A stretch of 63,913 nt of DNA, filler included, from Thraustochytrium aureum (taxonomy: Eukaryota), in NCBI GenBank assembly GCA_012862495.1. It is 5 parts of 3 records of this genome, joined end to end, with 100 filler letters (N's around TTAATTAATTAA, not from the genome) between each part and the next. Parts side by side here need not be neighbours in the genome. Positions count along the whole stretch, not along the records: positions 47,509 to 59,569 come from BLSG01000360.1; positions 59,670 to 63,913 come from BLSG01000360.1; 3 more parts are not named here. The stretch is one strand, 5' to 3'. Each line of letters opens with the position of its first letter. The first letter of the stretch is position 1. Shown here piece after piece: positions 48,221-60,622 of this stretch. The notes under the pieces are model-generated. The model did no database searches and was not told the origin of the DNA. It saw only the letters and a program-made list of their open reading frames with translations. Made by a program: the position numbers and the translations under genes.

Positions 48221-51200
48221 TCAAAGCACCTCATCGAATGCGAAGTGCAACATCTCCAAGTTGTTCGGACGCGTGGCTTCGTCCGCCTTCTCGCGGAGCG
48301 GCTGTGCATCCTTGGTCTCCTGGATGCCGTGGAGCGTTTTAGCGACATCGGGGTGTTTTTCGTCACCGAACGCCTTCACGCGGATTTCTAGCGCCTTTTG
48401 GAAGCACTGCAGCGCCCAATCATTCTTGCTTTGCACTGCATACACCGCGCCGATGTGGTGTAGGCTAGACGCTACGGCGGGATGCTCGTCTCCCAGCGCC
48501 GCGATGTGGCCAGCAAGTGCCTGCTTGAACATTCGCACCGCTTTGTCGTACTTGCGCTGCTCGGCGCACACCAAGCCGATGTTGTAGCGAGCCGTCGCGA
48601 GATCTGGATGCTGCTCCCCCAGCTTGCTTTGGCAGATGGTGNNNNNNNNNNNNNNNNNNNNNNNNNNNNNNNNNNNNNNNNNNNNNNNNNNNNNNNNNNN
48701 NNNNNNNNNNNNNNNNNNNNNNNNNNNNNNNNNNNNNNNNNNNNNNNNNNNNNNNNNNNNNNNNNNNNNNNNNNNNNNNNNNNNNNNNNNNNNNNNNNNN
48801 NNNNNNNNNNNNNNNNNNNNNNNNNNNNNNNNNNNNNNNNNNNNNNNNNNNNNNNNNNNNNNNNNNNNNNNNNNNNNNNNNNNNNNNNNNNNNNNNNNNN
48901 NNNNNNNNNNNNNNNNNNNNNNNNNNNNNNNNNNNNNNNNNNNNNNNNNNNNNNNNNNNNNNNNNNNNNNNNNNNNNNNNNNNNNNNNNNNNNNNNNNNN
49001 NNNNNNNNNNNNNNNNNNNNNNNNNNNNNNNNNNNNNNNNNNNNNNNNNNNNNNNNNNNNNNNNNNNNNNNNNNNNNNNNNNNNNNNNNNNNNNNNNNNN
49101 NNNNNNNNNNNNNNNNNNNNNNNNNNNNNNNNNNNNNNNNNNATCATACTTGCCCAGCGCACAGTGCACAGCGCCAACTTCTCCAAGCACAGTGGCAACG
49201 AAAGGGTGGCAGGTCTTGAGCTCAAGCTCGCTCAGGGCCAGCGCAGTGTGCAACGCGAGATCACTCGGTCGCAGCGCCTCCTCGCAGAGTTGCAGCGCCT
49301 CGTTGTACTTGCCCTGTGCCCTGCATACCACTGCGATGCTGTGACGACTCTTTGCGAGGTCCGGGTGCGCCGGCGCCAGCGCCTTCGTTCGGATTTCCAA
49401 CGCTTCCACGAGGCGCTTCAAGGCCTCGTCATACTTGCCCTGCGCACAGTACACCGTACCGATGTTGGAAAGAGTAATGGCCGCCTCTGGGCAGTTGTCC
49501 ACGGACCATTTCTTGTCGATGACTAGCGCCGCGTTGTATTTTTGCAGAGCATCGTCAAACTTGCCCTGCGCCATGTACACTGACCCAATGTTGTTGAGAC
49601 TCGTTGCCTCGACGTCTTGCGCGGCTCGCGCGATGTTCAGCACCTTTTTGAAGCATTGCAGCGCTTCGGTGTGCTTGGCCTGCGCCAGGTAAACACCACC
49701 GATGTTGCCGAGACGAAAGGCTTCCCTTGCCGAATTCGGCGTGTTCCCCTTCCTCCCCAGGTCCAATGCCTCGTTGAAGTACCCCAAGGCTTTGGAGTAT
49801 TTACCGATCGCAACGAGCACCTCCCCCAGGTTGTTGAGAAGCATGGCCCTGTCGTCCGCGAGGTCGAATTCCCCACATGATTTCTCGGGAATAGTCAGCG
49901 CCTCTTCGTAAAGCCGGCTTGCGAGGTCATATTCGCCCTGGTCGTGCACTACATTTCCCACTTGGTTGAGCAAATGGAACAGGTTCTCCTCGCTACGCAA
50001 GCTCTCGGTTCTCAAAAGACACTCTTGGCAAGTCCCGCACTGCTCGCCGTGCTTGCACTCCGCGTTCTGTGGACGCACACCACTGCGCAGCTCCTCCTTT
50101 TTGCGCAGACACTCCGCTCTGCGTTCTCGCGCCTCGTGAACTGCCTTCTTTGCGGTCGCGACCAGCCAGTCGCGAAGCAGCGCGGCTATTTGCGTGTTCA
50201 AGTCATCAAACCCTACCGACCCTTTCACGGCTTCCTGGATGTACTTGAGGTCGTCTTGATTGCTGCACTTGGCATTGCGTGTCTCAACGCCAGCCAAAGC
50301 CCGCATGTACGCGCGGCAGTCGCTCTTGAGGTTGTCCACAATCTCTTCGCCTGCGCTTGGTCGGAACAAAGGCTTGAGAATTTTCTTGCATGCGACGGCG
50401 CCGTGAATCTCCCAAACGCACCAGGCGCGCGACAAAGGGTGTGCCTCGTTCCAAGAGTTCAAGAAGAGGAGGCACTCCTCGAACAGCCTGATGGCGGAGT
50501 GCAGGCCTTTCGCGAGCGCGTGCCACCGCTGGTCGCGGATCTCCTCTGACAGGCCGTCGTCTCTGCTAGTGAGCTTGGGCTGGTTGGCGCAAAAGATGTC
50601 GAGCCACACAAAGGTCTTGGCCAGGTCGCGGCCCTTGTAGTGGTCGGTGAGCGCGTCGACAAGGTCGACAAAGTTGGATTTGCGCGCTTGCGAGATGAAG
50701 GCCCCCTCGAACTCCTTGCCCACGTGCTCATCGTCGATGACGTCCAGATAAAAGCCGTCGTCGTCGCACTTTGCCCGGACAACGAATCTGCAGACGTCTT
50801 CAATGGTCCAGTCTTTGGGTGGCTTGACCGTGACATCGCCGGGGGTGATGTCCTTGAGGTCGCCGCTCACCGTCTTGCAGCGCAAACGTTTTCCATCGTT
50901 GATCTCGTTTAAGAGTTTGACTGTGTCTCCCTTTGTGAGGCCAAGGTCAGGGACGTCCTCCTTGAGCACGTAAACGCCTTCGCTGAATTCCCCCTCAATC
51001 AGTTGCTTGCGAATTCGTTCCAGCTCGCGAACTGCAATCCCCTGGAACCGCACGACGTCGTTGCGATGACTACCCATCTCCACCGCCTCTCCGCTCTGGC
51101 AACGCTCGAGGCAGCCCTCGCCTCGGTTGCCGGGCAGCTCGACTCGGCGCAGCGTGCGAGCCGTTCCGACGGCGCTCGGGCCGTCATGGATGTTGCTGTT

Positions 51201-51413
51201 GACATTCTCCTTCGCCTGCTCTCCGCGGGGCTTCTCGCCGTCCCGATTGATGCGACGCATCGCGCTCCGCTCCTGCCCTGTTCGCTCTGCGTCTGCAACT
51301 GACCAGTGATGTTGAGGGTCTGCCATGGCGCGCGTTGCCGCCTCGTCGAAGTCGCGAGCTTGCTCAATCAAGACATGCACGTAAGTTGAGTCAAAGTCAC
51401 TGTACCCGTGCAT
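48221..51413 (-). CDS. HET/TIR-like N-terminal domain + kinesin-light-chain-type TPR array; spans gap 48642-49142
   Basis: FISQA..F.DLVDAL, FVWLDIFCANQ, LSRAWCVWEI; many 42-aa-type TPRs (LNNIG.VY..QGKY.EAL..Y..AL.I...GEQHPD.A); start codon uncertain (51413 or 51326). Confidence 0.8.
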
Positions 51414-52215
51414 GCATGGTCCACTCTAGCTCTCTTGATTGAGAGGTACCTCGGCACGGGACCGTCCGTCTGACGATGGACTTTCATGCCTAGAGACGTC
51501 GAAGAGGTCGGGTGTGCACAACACGAAACCGACAACCACATGCGAATTCCTGGGCTTGCGAAATCGCTTACACGCACTCGGCCGAGGGACTGGCTGCACC
51601 TTGCTGGCTGCGGCCCGACAGTGGCGCCTGCCTGACGGGACGAGCATGCCGCTTTTCCAAGATGTCTGGGACTCGAGCCAGCAGCCGCTCTGCGAGGTTG
51701 GTCTGGCGAGTGGAAGAGTACCACGCACGGCGCCGCCATCAGGTCCGGCCATCACGTCCACAGCCGCCTTTTCTAGTCGGACGCTCCGTGGCGTGGCTCT
51801 GCTGCGTTGGTTCTTGTCGAGCGTTTGCAGGCGTGAGAGTCGCTGGCTTCGTTTGGCCGTGCGCTTCTTCATGGTTGGTTTACAAGGAGTAATGTCGAAA
51901 GGGCAGTTGGCGATGAAGAGTCGGGCGGCAGAGCGATTCGGTTCGTGACGGTGCGAGTTCTGACAACTTGATCCAAGCAGCGAGAGCCAGGCAAGGCAGT
52001 TGGTGCAAGGCCATCTACGCAGCACGGGTTTCCACCTCAACTTTTTGTTGTTGTTTGGTTGTTGTTGTTGGAGAGTTGAGACTACTGGCGGGTGCGCAAG
52101 GCAGCCCCGACCGAGTACACTTGGTTGCGCTTCGGCCCTCGACCCAAGTGTAGAGCAAGGTTGATCCATGGGGATTGATTGCTCAGTGTCACGAGCGCAC
52201 AGATCCATGTTGGGC

Positions 52216-55068
52216 CTATACGGTGGGGGTTTCGTCGTCGGCGGCGACGTAGGTTGCCTTGGGGAGATCGGGAGCAAAGACTTGCGCCGAGGGAGCCAGC
52301 GAGACCGCGTTTGGCGTGCCACCGGAAGGAGTCGCAGCCGCACGTCGCCATGCTGCCATGACTAGAACTGCAACGATGGCGCCAAGTGCGGCTGCCCCGA
52401 CAGCTGTGCCAATCGTGGCTTCGATCGGCAGGCCTTGTGCGGCGGCCGAAGAGGTTGGGTAAGACCCATCATTGCCAGTTTCGTCGAAGCTGGGCGTGGG
52501 AGCCAGTGTCTCGGGGTCGGGCTCCTCCCATGGCAAGCCAGGACGTTGGTTGGTAGCCGAAATTCTGGAGGACTCGACGACCTGACCGACGGCTTGGCGA
52601 AGGCACACCATGGTGATGCTGCGGGCATAAATGGACTCCTGCTTGGCGTTGGCGACGACGCAAGAGTGAAAGCCTACTGTGCTGTCGAAACCATAGTCGT
52701 CGCCGATTGTCCCAGCAAACTCAATGGCACTTGCGAAAGAAGTCAAGGACGACTCGCCGATCAACCAGGCTCCGTAGCGAATGTCGAGCGCCGCAACGGC
52801 GTGCAACGTACCGGCAATGGTTGTAGCAAACTGAGGGCGGATGGCAGTCCAGTGCACCAAAAGCGTGCTGGTTGCGTAGTCGTATGTGCTTGATGGGCGG
52901 GACACGACGATCTCTGTCTCGCCGGCGAGGCCGTGCGCCGACTCGAGGGCGGGGAAAGCGCCCACTGCCCAATCCCCGTCGCGCAGGGTCTTGGCCGACG
53001 TGTACGAGATGGCAAACTGGCTGCGCCCGCCTCGGAATACAGTCCGCGTCATCACCACCGGGCCGTTATCGTACGAGTCGACAAACGCAAACCCGCAGTC
53101 GGTCGCGCGTGCGTACATCTGCGTCCACTGGATGTCAGTCGCGCCGCTTGGGTAGGNNNNNNNNNNNNNNNNNNNNNNNNNNNNNNNNNNNNNNNNNNNN
53201 NNNNNNNNNNNNNNNNNNNNNNNNNNNNNNNNNNNNNNNNNNNNNNNNNNNNNNNNNNNNNNNNNNNNNNNNNNNNNNNNNNNNNNNNNNNNNNNNNNNN
53301 NNNNNNNNNNNNNNNNNNNNNNNNNNNNNNNNNNNNNNNNNNNNNNNNNNNNNNNNNNNNNNNNNNNNNNNNNNNNNNNNNNNNNNNNNNNNNNNNNNNN
53401 NNNNNNNNNNNNNNNNNNNNNNNNNNNNNNNNNNNNNNNNNNNNNNNNNNNNNNNNNNNNNNNNNNNNNNNNNNNNNNNNNNNNNNNNNNNNNNNNNNNN
53501 NNNNNNNNNNNNNNNNNNNNNNNNNNNNNNNNNNNNNGTCAAAGGCCTCGGTATAAATGATTTCAATCTCGTTCGAGTTGGGGTCGGAGGGTGCGACCTT
53601 GCCGATCCTCAAGGCGCTTGAAACGTTCACCGCAACGGTGTTTTTCCCCCAAGCCGAAAGGCAGTGGGAGGCCACAAAGCAGGCCATGCTTGGGGGCGTG
53701 AAGCTTTCATAGGGCGGCGTAGCATACTCTTTCACCACTTCAGTGTCGATCGGGGGGGGATCCAAGCGACGAAAGCTTCCGCAGTTTGGCCTCTGAACTC
53801 GAAAGATTGTGCAATTTGGCCTTGGAACTCGGTCTCAAGCCCAACAACCGTGTGAAGCCCGTGAAAGCTTGGACCGAATCCGATCTTTTGCGTTGCGACG
53901 ACGGCGCGTCTGGGGACACTGGGCACCGCCAGCGACACTGGGCTGTACGTCTTGCCATTGTGGATGTCCTTGTCGGGGTTTCCCCATCGCCTGCTGGTGA
54001 TGTCCCAAGGCCATATGTTCGTCCGTTTCAGGTCGTTTAGGTCTGAGTTGGATTGGACATTGTCGGCGACAAGGAATGCGTCGCCCATCTCAGCACCGCA
54101 TGCGACACGACCGTGTTTGATCCTCCGCTCGGGCGTCGCGTCCCACCAGGTCCCACCTTTGTCGTCCGAGTAGGCCACGATGAACTCGTACGTGTTGCTT
54201 GGTTCAGAGATCTGACCGCGAAGCGCACTGAGGAGCCACAAGCCTTGCGCCGACTCACACACGTGCATGGAAATGATGTACGCCCCGTACAGGCCGTCTG
54301 GCTTGGTGACAAAGGGGAGCTCGGCCTGGCGTCCGGTGCTCTGTATCGCACCGATCGTCGTTAGGTCCACGGTGCTAATGGACAGGTCCTCGTTGACCAG
54401 GACTGCGTGGGCTCTGATATTGCCCTCTCGCTGAGAGCCAACGACGAGGGCGCCTGCGCACGGCGCATCCTCAGTAGACGACGGGTAAATGGTCGCCCCG
54501 AGTTCGCTCTCGTCTGGATCAGACGCGTCGGAGACGCCGCTGTAGAGGAGCTCTCTGCCTCGCGAGATGGTGGCAAAAAGCATCACTCTGTCACCTGTGG
54601 GTTGAGACGGCCTCGCGGACAACTCCCAATGCTCGACAGTGAAGGAGACGATTTCTCCGGACGAGTCGCGTGGGGTCACCACCTTTTCTTTCCAGATCAG
54701 TCCACGGTCGACAGAGACGAGCATGTAGAAATTGAACAACCCCTCGCACGCGATGGCAATCACGTCGTCCATCCATGCGGCTTCCACGCGGTTGCAAGGC
54801 TGGGTGAACTTGGGGACGTCTAAAGGCTTCCATTCAACGCCGAACTCGTCGTTGCTCACCACCACGTGGTCAGCAGTAGATTCAAACGAGTTCATGACCG
54901 CGATGCAGCTCGGCGACCCGCCCTGGTCGCACGCCACGACGAGCATGCCCGTGGCAGCGGGCAACGTCTGGCTATTGGGCAAAGTTATGCTTTGAACAAC
55001 CTCGTCGTCGTCGCCAAAGCGCCGGGGGCCACCAGGGCGACAAGCACTGCTAGTCGTACAGCCCACAT
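52216..55068 (-). CDS. Asp-box (BNR-like) type-I membrane protein, family copy 1; frameshifts near 54990 and 53755; gap 53157-53537
   Basis: Signal MWAVRLAVLVALVAPGALA; VACDQGGS.SCIAVMN; Asp-boxes VSVDRGLIW and YSDDKGGTW; APTP stalk; TM IGTAVGAAALGAIVAVLV; tail PKATYV. Confidence 0.75.
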
Positions 55069-55836
55069 CCTGCGTTGCCTGCCTCCTCGCTTCGCTGCTT
55101 GGCTTTTCGTTTGCTCGCGTTCGACTCTGTTGCAGGTCTGGACTTGCTTGGTGGACTTCCATCGGAGCCCACAGAAAGTCCACAGCATGCATGCATGCAC
55201 AACTCGGCTCGTGCTGGGCAAAGGGCAGAGTCCATGGAGTTCATGTCGCCTGCACCACAGGCGGGTGCAGTGCTCTTGATTGAGCACCGCCCTCACTGTA
55301 CTCCCTGTACCGCTTTGTTCTTTGTTGCTCTGCTCCACTCACTGGCGTAGTAAGTTACGAAAAGTAGTGAACACACCTCTTGCACGCGTTCTTCAGGCTG
55401 TCCTGCATAGGAACCTACCTACCTCTGGCACGCCGCGGCCCGGGGCTGAAAGGGCTGTGGCGGCAGCAGCAAGCACACGCACGCCCACATCTCTCGTGGA
55501 TGAAAACGAAAAAAAAAGCTCTTCGATCAAACAATCACCAAAAGAGACAGGAAGAATCTCTCACTTGAACGTGGTATGACGACCAGCACAGGGAGAGATG
55601 CACACTGGCTTTTGTGAACCCGCCGCCGGGGAGCACGCACGGAGCGGATCCGTGAAATCGATGGACGCGGATGGCCGCCCTTGTCGAGCGCGTTGGGGCA
55701 GCGCACGCAAGTTTGCCTTTGAAAAAAAGCAAGGAAGCCGCTCGAGGATGCGCCAAAAGCCAGCGCCGGGCAAGTCCAGCAGCATCGGCTGTTTTGCTAG
55801 ATGGCTCTGTTGAGGGCCCACCGCTCGGAGCGTCCT

Positions 55837-58133
55837 TCACACGGACACAGACGCCTCCAGCTCGAGCGGGTCGAATTCTAGGTAGGGGTGGCGACGCTCC
55901 CGGTTGCGCTTTCGAATGTTGGCGGCGATCTCGGTGAGCCTGGATGTGAGTTCGATGTGCAGTTCGCTGGCCTTCGCGGTGAGGTGCAGCTGTGGGTAAT
56001 AGTCCAGCATGTGCGGCATGGGCGTGGAGGTGAGCGCCATGACGAGCGCGAGCATGAGGTGCGAATTTCGGTCGGCCATGACTGCTCCCGGCCGGATCTT
56101 GCCCTGAAAGTACGGGTTGGCGACCTCCGCTGTCAGGTCGCCCACGAGCTCGTGAACGGCGGTGACATGAAACATAAAGGTCGCCACGATGGAGGCCACG
56201 TTGGCGCCCTCGGCGAAGGGCGGAAGGCCTGGCATGCCCAAATCTTTGGCACCCCACTGCGCCCAAAACGCCTGCACCGCTGAATCGGTGGCCAGGTCGG
56301 GCAGGTGGTGGTCCAAGTAGGCCTCCACGTATGCCTTCAAGGCGCCGTACACCTCGAGCCCGTCGGTCACGTAGGAAGGTCGAGCTCTTCCGGCGCTAGC
56401 GGCGTGCCCTGCAGGTTGCGCGCGAGCACAGCTTGGTCAAAGGGCAGCATCTGGAAGGCGGCGCGGTGCTCGGCGATGAGCTTGACGAGGCCGTCCTCGT
56501 AAGCCAGCCCGAAGGCGCGGTGGATCATCGAGAGCGGCGGCAGGAGCGACTTGGCCGCGCCGGCGTTGATGGCACCGCTCCGGTACACGAACGGCTTGAG
56601 CAGGCGGCGCAGCGGGTGGTTCGCGGGGAGCCGCTCGCGCGNNNNNNNNNNNNNNNNNNNNNNNNNNNNNNNNNNNNNNNNNNNNNNNNNNNNNNNNNNN
56701 NNNNNNNNNNNNNNNNNNNNNNNNNNNNNNNNNNNNNNNNNNNNNNNNNNNNNNNNNNNNNNNNNNNNNNNNNNNNNNNNNNNNNNNNNNNNNNNNNNNN
56801 NNNNNNNNNNNNNNNNNNNNNNNNNNNNNNNNNNNNNNNNNNNNNNNNNNNNNNNNNNNNNNNNNNNNNNNNNNNNNNNNNNNNNNNNNNNNNNNNNNNN
56901 NNNNNNNNNNNNNNNNNNNNNNNNNNNNNNNNNNNNNNNNNNCACGGCGTGCACCTGCCACGCCGTCTCCTCCATCAGCGTGATGGTCGGCATGTCCTCG
57001 TCTACGGCAGAAAACTCGAAGGGCAGCTGCTCGACGGTCCAGCCGCGCGCCCCGAGATGCGTGTGCACTTCAAGTCGCGGCACGGGTCCCATCGGCACGG
57101 GCACGCGGATGTGGCCTGGCTTGAACACCGGGATTTTGGAGTACAGGGTGCGGAACAGGCGGATCGCGGCCACCGTGGGGCCGTCAATCGGGTCGTCGCC
57201 GAGGCCGGCGGCGGCGGCCAGCGCCCCGTCAACCGCGTCGTGCACGGCGGCCGCCTCGCCCGCGTCCAAGTCGTGCGTGTGAACCGCGGCGACCAGGACG
57301 TCCTTGCGCGACTGCGCGACCGCCTTGGGGAGCGCTCGCTCGCTGGTCTTGACCAGCAGCCGAGTCCAGAGGGAGCCGCCGCTCACCTGGAACTGACTGT
57401 CGTCGCACATGCTGTGGCGCACTGCAACTGCGTGAGCGAACACCCAGCTCCCGTCGTACAGGGCCAAGGCCACGTCGCGCGTCAGCCCCGACGCCTGCTG
57501 GCCGGCCACCGAAGTGTCCGCGAGCATCCTGACGACCACAGGGAACTCGCCGCCCATCAGCGCCTTGTGAAAGCCGCCCCGCGCGGTGCGGTCGATCCAC
57601 GCCTCGACCTCTTGCGCGCTCAGCACGCCGTCGCCGTCCGCGTCGGCGGCGGCGAATAGGGCGTCCACCTTGGCGTGCAAGGCCGAGGAGGGCGAGGGAA
57701 TCTCGCCGCCGGACGCCTTGTCGAAGACGCCCGCGTCGCTCGGCGAGTGCACAATGCGCGACAGGCCCTCACGCGAGAGGTCCACTGTCAAGCTCGGGTT
57801 GCCTTTGGACAGCGAGCCGAGGGTCGCGGCGATCGCGAACACGGCTGCCCTGCACTTGAGGGGCGGCAGCGCAAAGCAGTTGAGCATCTGCGCGCCCGTG
57901 TACAGCTCTGCGAGCTCGAGCGTAAAGTCCGCGTTCAGATCGAAGAACGCGATATGCTTCTGCAAGCCAGTCGCGTTCTCGTACGGCCCGCCATGTCCGA
58001 ACAACCTCTGGTATGAAGGCAGCTGGTCCACGTGGAACGCGCACGGGCTCTGCGGCGGATCCAGCAACGTTCGCACGGACCAGAGCGAGCCCACAGCGAC
58101 GGCCGCGGCCGCCGCGACCAGCCAAGCCCACAT
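55837..58133 (-). CDS. Caleosin/peroxygenase (EF-hand) - lipoxygenase fusion protein; gap 56642-56942; 1-nt frameshift near 56375
   Basis: Signal/anchor MWAWLVAAAAAVAV; caleosin motifs LQKHIAFFDLNAD, IVHSPSDAGVFD, EF-hand DADGDGVLSAQEV, GLTRD....LYDGSW; LOX motifs LPANHPLRRLLKP...AIN, P-YVTDGLEVY.AL..YV..Y, D..VQAFW, MFHVTAVHELVG, C-terminal P..LEASVSV*. Confidence 0.8.
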
Positions 58134-58305
58134 CACAAGAAAGAACTGCAGCTGGGCGAGCGCCCTGGCCGCCTGCCTACTCTGCGACACGAGAGTCTTC
58201 GCGCCGTACGGCCTGTGCAACCTGTATGTACTCGCCCTCGCGCCGCCAGCCGGGGACTGCCTGACCCAAACCGTCGAGGATACTCCTGTTGTGTGTGGGG
58301 ACTTG

Positions 58306-58367
58306 TCGTCCGACGTGCTCGTCCGACGTGCTCGTGACCCATGGTCCGACGTGCTCGTGACCCATGG
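58306..58367 (+). repeat. Short nested tandem repeat upstream of the fusion gene
   Basis: tccgacgtgctcg x3 interleaved with gacccatgg x2. Confidence 0.8.
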
Positions 58368-58544
58368 CCCTCCTCGCGAGTGCATGGATCATTGTGCGTC
58401 CGCGTTCGGGCTGGCGCGCCATGATGGCTTCATCGTCCGTGGAGCTTTTCCCAAGCGCTATCATTCCTTTGTCGCCTGTTTGGGGTCTCCACACCCACCT
58501 CAACCCCAGGCATGGCAAGCGCAACAAACCAAATTAGTGCGCTT

Positions 58545-58956
58545 TGGCTCGCGCGTCCACAATGGCTCGCGCGTCCACAATGGCAAGCTCAGCAAAAGAA
58601 AGAATTCCGTTTTGGATTAGNNNNNNNNNNNNNNNNNNNNNNNNNNNNNNNNNNNNNNNNNNNNNNNNNNNNNNNNNNNNNNNNNNNNNNNNNNNNNNNN
58701 NNNNNNNNNNNNNNNNNNNNNNNNNNNNNNNNNNNNNNNNNNNNNNNNNNNNNNNNNNNNNNNNNNNNNNNNNNNNNNNNNNNNNNNNNNNNNNNNNNNN
58801 NNNNNNNNNNNNNNNNNNNNNNNNNNNNNNNNNNNNNNNNNNNNNNNNNNNNNNNNNNNNNNNNNNNNNNNNNNNNNNNNNNNNNNNNNNNNNNNNNNNN
58901 NNNNNNNNNNNNNNNNNNNNNNNNNNNNCCACAATCGCGCGCGCGTCCACAGTCGC
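58545..58956 (+). repeat. 18-bp-like tandem repeat (tggctcgcgcgtccacaa) on both sides of gap 58621-58929
   Basis: Two copies at 58545-58583; related cacaatcgcgcgcgcgtccacag immediately after the gap. Confidence 0.55.
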
Positions 58957-58984
58957 GACAGCGCATCGCGCGTCCGTTGCGGCC

Positions 58985-59934
58985 CTACAGGCGCGGGTCT
59001 TCGCCCTCGACTACGTAGGTCGCTTGGGGGATATCGGGCACTACCGATATCGCAGTGGGAGCGACCGCCCTGTCCGTGGCGCTGGAAGCCGTCGCGGACG
59101 CGCCTTGCTTTGCTCCGTTGGCGAGAACGCCGACAAAGACACCGACTACAGCCGCCCCGATTGCAACGCCAATCGTAGCTCCAGCGGACATGCCCTGCGC
59201 AACAGGTGTGCTCGATTCGATCGGAATGGAGGGCCCACCATCGCCTGGTCCATCGCCCGGCTCGACAAAGCTGGGCGTTGGAGCCTGCGTCACGATGTCG
59301 GGCTGGTTCCACGGAAAGCCGGGTTTGACATTGGTAAGTTCTATTTGGGTGGCCTCGACGACTTGGCCGGCGCTGAATTGGGCTGCGGATTGACGGAGGC
59401 ATACCGTGGTGATGCCGTTGACGTACACGGATTGCCGATTCGCGTTGGCGACGACGCAAGAGAAAATGCTTGTTGTGCTGTCGAATCCGAACTTGTCACC
59501 GCTCGCCCCAGCAAACTCTATCGAACGCCCGTGAAACCTTAACGACTGCTCGCCGATCAACCAGGAGCCNNNNNNNNNNNNNNNNNNNNNNNNNNNNNNN
59601 NNNNNNNNNNNNNTTAATTAATTAANNNNNNNNNNNNNNNNNNNNNNNNNNNNNNNNNNNNNNNNNNNNCCATGCTAAACGCGGGGACAGCCAAGGGGGT
59701 CCAGAGGGCGCCCCATTCGTCGTCGCTCACCACCACCTCGCTGGGCCCAGCGGTAAACCTGTTCATCACGGCGATGCAGCTCGCCGACCCGCCTTGGTCG
59801 CAGGCAACCGCGAGCTGCCCTGCTCCAGAAAACTCCTTGTCCACGCTGTAACGAACGGCGGCTTTGAACAGCCTCTCCATCGCCAAGACGCCGGGGGCCG
59901 CCACGGCGACAAGCACCGCCAAGACAGCCCTCAT
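58985..59934 (-). CDS. Type-I membrane protein family copy 2; middle missing in an unsized gap
   Basis: MRAVLAVLVAVAAPGVLA.ERLFKA, VACDQGGSASCIAVMN; C-terminal part FGFDS..CVVAN..ITTVCLR..PGFPW.QPD..APTP, TM, PQATYVVEGEDPRL*. Confidence 0.8.
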
Positions 59935-60622
59935 CCTGCTCTGCGTTCGTTCGTCCTGTCGTACGCAGAGCACACCAAGTACTCTGTGCAGGAGATCGAT
60001 GCGGGTCTGCTGGTTGCCGAGCGCGTGCGTGAGTGATGAAGTGAAAACATCCCGAGCTCATCTGAAATGCGCGCCTGTGCATCGCTCGTGTGCGATCATG
60101 AGCGTTCGACGAGGCCTTTTCGTTGGGGCGGGGGGAGCAGAGCCTCCTTGGTTGGCGCATGAAACAGCCGAAACCGCGGCAGTGACGCCTCACGAAATGT
60201 CCAGCGCTGCCCCTGCCGTTTCGTGCATCGTTTGAGGCTGGACTCTTGTGGGGCTGGCACTTTCAGTAAAGTACCTACTGCTCGGCGTACTGTTGGTTGC
60301 GGCAAGCCCGAGCGCTACCCCTGACCTGAGCAAGTCCAGGGCCACGTCAAACGAGTCGGTTTGAACGACTCGGAGGTGCTCTTCGCATGACAGATTCGCT
60401 GGTCAATGAGGCAGAATCAGGGCAGTAGCCAGTTCTCGGTCGCCAGCGTCGCCAAGTCGGACCCTAGGGTACACACCTTTTACCCTAACCTACGGTCGCT
60501 GACCCTTCAAGAGAAACTATTGACATTCAGAATGATAACGTTGGATGAGACCAAACATGCTCTTTATGAACGTGGATGTGGCCGCTCGGCGGTGCATCGC
60601 GCGCCCACCAGCGCGACAAGGC

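Noticed and set aside
51426..52343. 305-aa minus-strand ORF between the TPR gene and family copy 1
   Set aside because: No domain signal and it overlaps the copy-1 3' end; might be an upstream part of the TPR gene but cannot be supported
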